Origin: an uncultured Gammaproteobacteria bacterium
GTDB taxonomy: Bacteria; Patescibacteriota; Microgenomatia; Levybacterales; GWA1-39-11
NCBI GenBank assembly: GCA_964394645.1
Contig: CAYMYC010000002.1
Span: 28,105-92,104 of the forward strand
Reading direction: 5' to 3'
Length of the DNA stretch: 64,000 nt
The number at the start of each line of letters is the position of its first letter. Positions within the stretch are counted from its first letter, which is position 1. Shown in pieces: positions 58,263 through 64,000 of this stretch. A program made the translations under genes and the position numbers. Under the pieces are notes generated by a model, which worked only from the letters and a program-made list of their open reading frames with translations, made no database searches and was not told where the DNA came from.

Positions 58263-58931
58263 ATGAAAGAATTAACAGTTGAAGAGTATGTTTATGAGAT
58301 AGTACCAGGAATTCTTGAAAAGGAATGGGATTCTATTGAGGAAAAACTTGAGCAGGCTAAAAAATTTGCAAAAACTGTTCACATAGACTTGATTGATGGA
58401 AAATTTGCAAGTAATACCACATTTATGGATCCTGCACCTTTTGCGAAGTACTCAAAGGATTTGATTTTGGAAGTTCACATGATGGTGGAAGATCCTAGAA
58501 AATATCTAAAACCCTTTGCAGAAGCAGGCTTTACAAGATTTTTAGGACACATAGAAAAGATGCCAAGCGTTTCCGATTTTGTTGCCGAAGCACAATTATA
58601 TGGCGAGGTAGGACTCGCATTAGACGGTCCAACTGATAAATCTATTGTTGATACAATCCCGCTTTCTGATTTAGATTGTGTGACTGTTTATACATGTCAG
58701 CAGGTTGGTTTTACTGGTGCTCAGTTTGACGAGAGAAAGCTTGATAAGGTAAGGTTAATTAAAACCCGCTCTCAAATCCCTGTTGAGGTAGACGGAGGAG
58801 TAAAGGATACAACTATCTTATTTGGGAAAAGTGCGGGTGCGGTACGATTTGTCGCAACTTCATTTATCTGGAATGCTCAAGATCCGAAGGTAGCATATGA
58901 AAGACTTCGCTCAATTGTAGCTGATCACTAA
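58263..58931 (+). CDS. rpe: Ribulose-phosphate 3-epimerase
   Basis: HIDLIDGKF, EVHMMV, VEVDGGV. Confidence 0.9.
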   Translation: MKELTVEEYVYEIVPGILEKEWDSIEEKLEQAKKFAKTVHIDLIDGKFASNTTFMDPAPFAKYSKDLILEVHMMVEDPRKYLKPFAEAGFTRFLGHIEKMPSVSDFVAEAQLYGEVGLALDGPTDKSIVDTIPLSDLDCVTVYTCQQVGFTGAQFDERKLDKVRLIKTRSQIPVEVDGGVKDTTILFGKSAGAVRFVATSFIWNAQDPKVAYERLRSIVADH

Positions 58932-61237
58932 TGGAAGAATCCGCTAAGGTGAGTTGCCGCAAAATACTGAAGTAGGAGAGTGATTACGACTGATACGATT
59001 AAGAATCTATTAATGGGGAACATACCTCCTCTTACAATAAACACAATAATCATTTCTCCTACTACTAGGAGATTAAAGACGAGTGAATCAGGATAAAAAT
59101 TATATTGAAGTGCTAGCATAAAAAGCACGATTAATATCGTGGAGAAGATTCCGGTTATAGTAAGCGTAAACTTAAGTCTTTGTCTATTTAAAATTTGTTC
59201 AGATGCGGGTCTAGGACGCTTTTTTAATAAATTGCGGCGCTTGTTATCTATTGCCAGGGCAAAAGCTGGAAGCCCATCTCCAATAAGGTTTACCCACAAT
59301 ATTTGAGTGGGAGTAAGTGGAAGGGGGAGAGCGAAAACTACAGCAAAAAGTATAAGCGCAAATTCAGTAAGATTTGTCGCAAAAAGAAACATAACAACAC
59401 GAACAATATTTTCATAGATTCCGCGTCCTTCTTCTACTGCCTTTATGACGGTATATAAATTGTCATCTGTTATGATCATATCTGCCTCCTCTTTTGCAAC
59501 ATCAGTTCCTGACTTTCCCATGGCAATCCCAATATGTGCTTCTGAAAGCGCGAGTGCATCATTTACCCCATCCCCAGTTACTGCAACAATTAACCCTGCT
59601 TGTTTGTAGAGTCTCACCAGGCGAAGTTTATCTATTGGAATCATGCGTGCAAAAATTTTAATTCGGGGGAGAAGCTTCAAGAGTTCTTGATCACCCATTT
59701 TATCCAATTCGTCGTGAGTTACTATCAGCTCTCCATCTGTGATAAGACCAATTTCTTCAGCAATTGCCTTCGCTGTGACGGGATTGTCTCCCGTTACCAT
59801 AACAATACTAATCCCCGCATCTCGTGCTTCTTTTATCGCCTGTTCTGCTTCTTTTCGGGGTGCATCGTAAAGTGCTGTAATTCCAAGAAGGGTAAAATGT
59901 GTGCTTTTGGGTGCTTTCTCCGCGAAGGCAATTGCGCGGAGACCTTCGGCTTCATACTCGTTCAATAGTTTTTTTACATCCGCGTGTTCGTTAATTAATG
60001 TAAAGATTGTTTCAGGTGCGCCTCTGACTAAAATGTGCTGTTCACCATTGTTTTCCCAGGTAACTTCAATAGTTTTTGTTTCCGGATTAAAAGGTTTTTC
60101 CTCAGCTATTTTTCCTTCTTTCCGAAGACTTTCAATATCTTGGGATTGCTCATTGGCGAACGCAAGAAGCGCACCGTCTGTTCCGTCTCCTGTTATCTCA
60201 AAACTATTTCCATCCTCTTTTAGCACTAGGTTTGCTGTGTTTCCTAAGACCATGCATCGAAGAAAGAGACTTTCTTTCTCTTTATTGTGAAGATAGAACT
60301 TTTTTACCTTCATTTTGTTTTGCGTGAGCGTTCCGGTTTTGTCAGACAATATAACGTTTGTTGTTCCAAGTGTTTCAACTGCAGCCATTTTACGCATGAT
60401 AGTTTTTCTCTTAACCATTCTGTATGCGCCAACAGCAAGTCCGACCGTAACTATTAACGCAAGCCCTTCAGGGATAAGTGCAACCGCAACGCTTACTGAG
60501 ATAAGGACTGTTTGAGTTAAATCCCGTCCCTGGAGAAAGCCAATAGGGATAAGCGCAAAAGATAGAATAAGTGCTACTGCAGCAAGCCGTTTACTAAGGG
60601 TTGAAAGATTTTTTGTAAGTGGAATTTCTGGTTTTTTAGTTTTCTCCAACTCAGATGCTATTTCGCCTAATTTTGTTTTAAAACCAATCGTTTCAACTAA
60701 AAACATTCCGCGACCACGCACAACAAACGTTCCGGAAAATAAGTGTGAATCTACTTTTTTTTCCACAGGGATTGATTCTCCAGTAAGAATAGATTCATCA
60801 ACCTCCATTGATACATTTGTGATGAGCTTTCCATCAGCGGGTATCTTGTCTCCCTCACGAATTACTACAATATCTGAGGGGACAATATATCGCGCGTCTA
60901 TTTCAGTTTCCTGTCCATCCCGTATAACACGCGCAATCGGGGAAACTAGTTCTTTTAATTTTCCAATCGTGTCGTGAGCCCTATATTCTTGGATAAATCC
61001 AAAAATTCCATTGAAGACGAGCACCATAAAGATAAAGACCATGTCTATGGTATCGCCGATAAAGTATGAGAATATTCCAGCAAGAAAGAGTATGAGCGTT
61101 GTTATGTCTTTATATTGTGCAAGAAGGAGTTTTAGGAAAAAAAACGAGTCTTTTGTTTCAACCGAGTTTTTCCCAAATTGTTTTTGGAGAGCAGGGATTT
61201 GCGACGAGGACAATCCCCTCACATTGTCTATGGGCAT
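58928..61237 (-). CDS. P-type (IIA-like) cation-transporting ATPase
   Basis: TGES, PEGL, DKTGTLT, TGDN, GDGVND, QILWVNL. Confidence 0.93.
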   Translation of the reverse strand: MPIDNVRGLSSSQIPALQKQFGKNSVETKDSFFFLKLLLAQYKDITTLILFLAGIFSYFIGDTIDMVFIFMVLVFNGIFGFIQEYRAHDTIGKLKELVSPIARVIRDGQETEIDARYIVPSDIVVIREGDKIPADGKLITNVSMEVDESILTGESIPVEKKVDSHLFSGTFVVRGRGMFLVETIGFKTKLGEIASELEKTKKPEIPLTKNLSTLSKRLAAVALILSFALIPIGFLQGRDLTQTVLISVSVAVALIPEGLALIVTVGLAVGAYRMVKRKTIMRKMAAVETLGTTNVILSDKTGTLTQNKMKVKKFYLHNKEKESLFLRCMVLGNTANLVLKEDGNSFEITGDGTDGALLAFANEQSQDIESLRKEGKIAEEKPFNPETKTIEVTWENNGEQHILVRGAPETIFTLINEHADVKKLLNEYEAEGLRAIAFAEKAPKSTHFTLLGITALYDAPRKEAEQAIKEARDAGISIVMVTGDNPVTAKAIAEEIGLITDGELIVTHDELDKMGDQELLKLLPRIKIFARMIPIDKLRLVRLYKQAGLIVAVTGDGVNDALALSEAHIGIAMGKSGTDVAKEEADMIITDDNLYTVIKAVEEGRGIYENIVRVVMFLFATNLTEFALILFAVVFALPLPLTPTQILWVNLIGDGLPAFALAIDNKRRNLLKKRPRPASEQILNRQRLKFTLTITGIFSTILIVLFMLALQYNFYPDSLVFNLLVVGEMIIVFIVRGGMFPINRFLIVSVVITLLLQYFAATHLSGFFH

Positions 61238-61267
61238 ACTTTAGTATACCAAATTGTTACAGCCCTA

Positions 61268-62809
61268 TTAGTCACTTGAGGTTTTTGGTCTATAATGAAG
61301 CGCTTCTAAGACATGCTCTTTTTTAATAGTTTCAGATTGCGAGAGGTCTGCAATTGTTTGTGCAACCTTTATGACTTTGTGATATGACCGTGCCGAAAGT
61401 GCGAATTTTGTAACTGCATTTCGCAAAACATCCTTAGCTGCTGCATCTATTTGTATAAATATTTTTATATCCTTGGCAGACATATCAGAGTTTGTGATAA
61501 TTTTTTTCCCTTGAAACCTCTTTAGTTGCCGCTTTCTTGCCTTCTCAACGCGATTTCTGACTACTTTTGACGTTTCTATACTTGTATCATCATCTTCTGT
61601 AATTTTAGAAATATTTACTGCTGGTACATCTATATGAATATCTATTCGGTCTAGCAATGGTCCTGATACACGCTTTTGGTATTTTAAAATTTGCAGCGTT
61701 GTGCAGTTGCACTCACGAGTGCGATCACCATAATACCCACATGGGCAAGGATTGGCTGCTGCAACAAGCATAAAACGACTTGGAAATTTTACCCTTTCAC
61801 GTGCGCGTGAAATAATAACATGTCCGTCTTCCATCGGTTGACGCATAGCCTCCAAAACATGTCTGGGATATTCCGGAAATTCATCTAAAAATAAAACTCC
61901 ACGATGCGCAAGTGATACTTCTCCGGGTTTTGGATTCGCGCTGCCTCCAATAAGTCCTATATGCGAAGTTGTATGATGAGGAGACCTGAATGGGCGTTTT
62001 TTTATAATTGCGTTTTCATTTAAAAGCCCTGAGATACTATAGATTTTGGTGACTTCTATTGCCTCATCGAAAGTGAGATTTGGGAGGATTGACGGGATGG
62101 TTCTGGCAAGAAGTGTTTTTCCTGCGCCTGGTGGACCTTTGAGTAGAATATTATGTCCACCGGAGACCGCTACTTCAACAGCACGTTTTACAAATTCCTG
62201 ACCTTTTATATCTTTTAAATCAAATTCATATAATTCTTCATCTTCTATTTTATCAAACGGGGTATGGATAAGTTTTTCTATAAATTTCACTCCTGATAAA
62301 TGAAGAAAAACATCCTTAAGTGTTTTCGCAGGGTATAAAGATACATCTTGGATCATGCTGGCTTCTGCCGCATTTGCGTGGGGGATAAAAATATGCTCAA
62401 TTTTCTTTTCTTTTGCGAGTAAAACCATGGGTAAAACTCCTTTTGTGTGTCGTAGGGATCCGTCCAGGGATAATTCACCTAAAAATATTGAATTTGAAAG
62501 ATGAGCCTCGTCATTTTTGATTGGGATCTGTTCTGAAGCTGTAAGAATAGAGATTGCAATCGGAAGGTCAAAAGATGGTCCTTCTTTTGGGAGATCTCCG
62601 GGTGCTAAGTTTACGGTGATTCTTTTAGGTGGAATGTCTGCTCCCGTGTTTTTCAGTGCCGATCTAACACGTTCCTTAGACTCCTCAACTGCCTTATCTG
62701 GAAGACCTACGATTGTAAATGTAGGTAGACCATTTAAAATGTCTGTTTCAACTTCAACTAAGACTCCGTCAAGACCAACGACAGCACTTGATAAAACCTT
62801 AGCAAACAT
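61268..62809 (-). CDS. comM: YifB/ComM Mg-chelatase-like AAA+ ATPase
   Basis: IVGLPD..V.ES.ERVR, NLAP, GPPGAGKT, PFRSPHH, GEVSLAHRGVLFLDE, NPCPCG. Confidence 0.9.
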   Translation of the reverse strand: MFAKVLSSAVVGLDGVLVEVETDILNGLPTFTIVGLPDKAVEESKERVRSALKNTGADIPPKRITVNLAPGDLPKEGPSFDLPIAISILTASEQIPIKNDEAHLSNSIFLGELSLDGSLRHTKGVLPMVLLAKEKKIEHIFIPHANAAEASMIQDVSLYPAKTLKDVFLHLSGVKFIEKLIHTPFDKIEDEELYEFDLKDIKGQEFVKRAVEVAVSGGHNILLKGPPGAGKTLLARTIPSILPNLTFDEAIEVTKIYSISGLLNENAIIKKRPFRSPHHTTSHIGLIGGSANPKPGEVSLAHRGVLFLDEFPEYPRHVLEAMRQPMEDGHVIISRARERVKFPSRFMLVAAANPCPCGYYGDRTRECNCTTLQILKYQKRVSGPLLDRIDIHIDVPAVNISKITEDDDTSIETSKVVRNRVEKARKRQLKRFQGKKIITNSDMSAKDIKIFIQIDAAAKDVLRNAVTKFALSARSYHKVIKVAQTIADLSQSETIKKEHVLEALHYRPKTSSD

Positions 62810-62815
62810 AAATTT

Positions 62816-62850
62816 AGTATTAAGTATTACATAGTAAGTATCAAGTATGA
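62816..62850. repeat. Degenerate 7-bp tandem repeat (AGTATNA x5)
   Basis: AGTATTA AGTATTA CATAGTA AGTATCA AGTATGA. Confidence 0.7.
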
Positions 62851-62921
62851 GTTTAGCGCTATGAATATAAGACAGGCTTTGCGTTTGGGTTCAGGTTTGC
62901 TTCGTGTGCTACAATATGGGC

Positions 62922-64000
62922 GTGGATGATATTGCGAAAGTAAAACAAAAAATAGATATAGTAGAACTTATTGAAGCCTATATTCCGCTCAAAAAGGCAG
63001 GACGTAATTTCAAGTCTCCCTGCCCGTTTCATAGTGAAAAGTCCCCGTCTTTTGTTGTATCTCCTGATAGGCAGATCTGGCATTGTTTCGGGTGCAATAA
63101 AGGTGGGGATATATTCACGTTTGTGGAAGAATATGAGAAAACAACTTTTTCTGATGCATTAAAGTTTTTAGCACAGAAAGCAGGAATTAAATTAACTACC
63201 TCCGCTGCCCGTTCTGAAATTGAAAAGAAACGCGACCTTTTGTACTCACTAAATCACTTAGCAGCACAATACTATGAATATATCTTGTTTTCTCACACTG
63301 TAGGAAAACAGGCTTTGCAGTATGTGACAAAAGCAAGACATCAGAAAGAAGCACTTCTTAAAACTTTTCAGGTTGGATACGCGCCAAATACCGGGGATTC
63401 GCTAGTCAAATTTATTTTAAGTAAAAAAAAGTATCAACCTCAGGATTTGGTGGATGCGGGTCTCGCATTTAGGCAAGGGGCGCGTGTTGTAGATTTTTTT
63501 AGACACAGAATTATGTTTCCAATAACAGATCCAAGAGGCAACATTATTGCTTTTTCAGGGCGGGCGTTATCTTCTGATCAGATGCCAAAATATGTAAACA
63601 CGAAAGAAACAATATTGTACAAGAAAGGAGAAACTGTTTTTGGGTTGAATCTGGCCCGTGATGAAATAAAAAAACAGGGGAGTGTTATTATCATGGAAGG
63701 AGAGTTTGATGTTATATCAGCGCACAGAGAAGGAATTGGGAATGTGGTAGCAGTTAAGGGCACAGCACTGACGCCTGAACAAATAGATTTGTTAAAAAGG
63801 TATGGTCAAAAATTAGTTTTTTGCTTTGATACAGACCCTGCAGGAACGAGTGCGCAACGACGCTCTATTCAGATGATAGAAAATGCAGGAATAGTCGCTT
63901 CCGTTATCGTGCTCCCTGCTGGAAAAGATCCTGATGAGCTATTGTCCTCTGATCCCATTGCGTTTAAGCAAGCCTTAAAAAAAGACGTTCACATATATGA
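62922..64000 (+). CDS. dnaG: DNA primase, truncated at the window edge (not in ORF track)
   Basis: Manual translation: zinc finger CPFHSEKSPSF...WHCFGC, FRHRIMFPI, KYVNT, TOPRIM MEGEFD...GTALT...FDTDPAG; start is GTG 62922 or ATG 62916. Confidence 0.95.
   Translation, partial: MDDIAKVKQKIDIVELIEAYIPLKKAGRNFKSPCPFHSEKSPSFVVSPDRQIWHCFGCNKGGDIFTFVEEYEKTTFSDALKFLAQKAGIKLTTSAARSEIEKKRDLLYSLNHLAAQYYEYILFSHTVGKQALQYVTKARHQKEALLKTFQVGYAPNTGDSLVKFILSKKKYQPQDLVDAGLAFRQGARVVDFFRHRIMFPITDPRGNIIAFSGRALSSDQMPKYVNTKETILYKKGETVFGLNLARDEIKKQGSVIIMEGEFDVISAHREGIGNVVAVKGTALTPEQIDLLKRYGQKLVFCFDTDPAGTSAQRRSIQMIENAGIVASVIVLPAGKDPDELLSSDPIAFKQALKKDVHIY

Noticed and set aside
62859-63763. ORFs 62859-63083, 62971-63162 and 63578-63763
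   Set aside because: Off-frame or antisense fragments within dnaG.
1-64000. Alternative genetic code (TGA=Gly) as in Gracilibacteria
   Set aside because: Conserved genes are uninterrupted in code 11, and several end in TGA directly before the next gene (e.g. virB4, CHAP, fba).

Overview
Core-chromosome window of a small-genome, AT-rich bacterium using genetic code 11 (TGA acts as a stop). The gene content suggests Patescibacteria/CPR, probably Microgenomates (inference: PrgI-TraC-VirB4 locus, standalone 5'-3' exonuclease, short ValRS and PGK, few Shine-Dalgarno sites). It contains the replication origin (dnaA-oriC-dnaN with DnaA boxes and DnaA-trios). A chromosomal T4SS-like operon with SLT-like and CHAP wall-hydrolase genes lies directly next to dnaN. 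The rest is housekeeping genes (mutM, ftsH, trpS, murD, murI, rplY, glmS, valS, rpmH-rnpA-yidC-jag, gap, pgk, fba, rpiB, rpe, dnaG), six tRNAs, a two-component locus and envelope genes. The notable non-coding signals are: (1) a divergent glmS ribozyme with extra helices inserted in its core; (2) two tRNA genes each preceded by a copy of their own 5' end plus an antisense arm, forming a sense-antisense-tRNA leader hairpin; (3) 11-bp-periodic OmpR-type boxes in front of the two-component locus and of an uncalled 31-aa peptide; (4) many apparently leaderless genes; (5) an atypical initiator tRNA. No CRISPR array, rRNA or transposase was found. All calls come from reading the sequence by eye; no database search or folding program was run.
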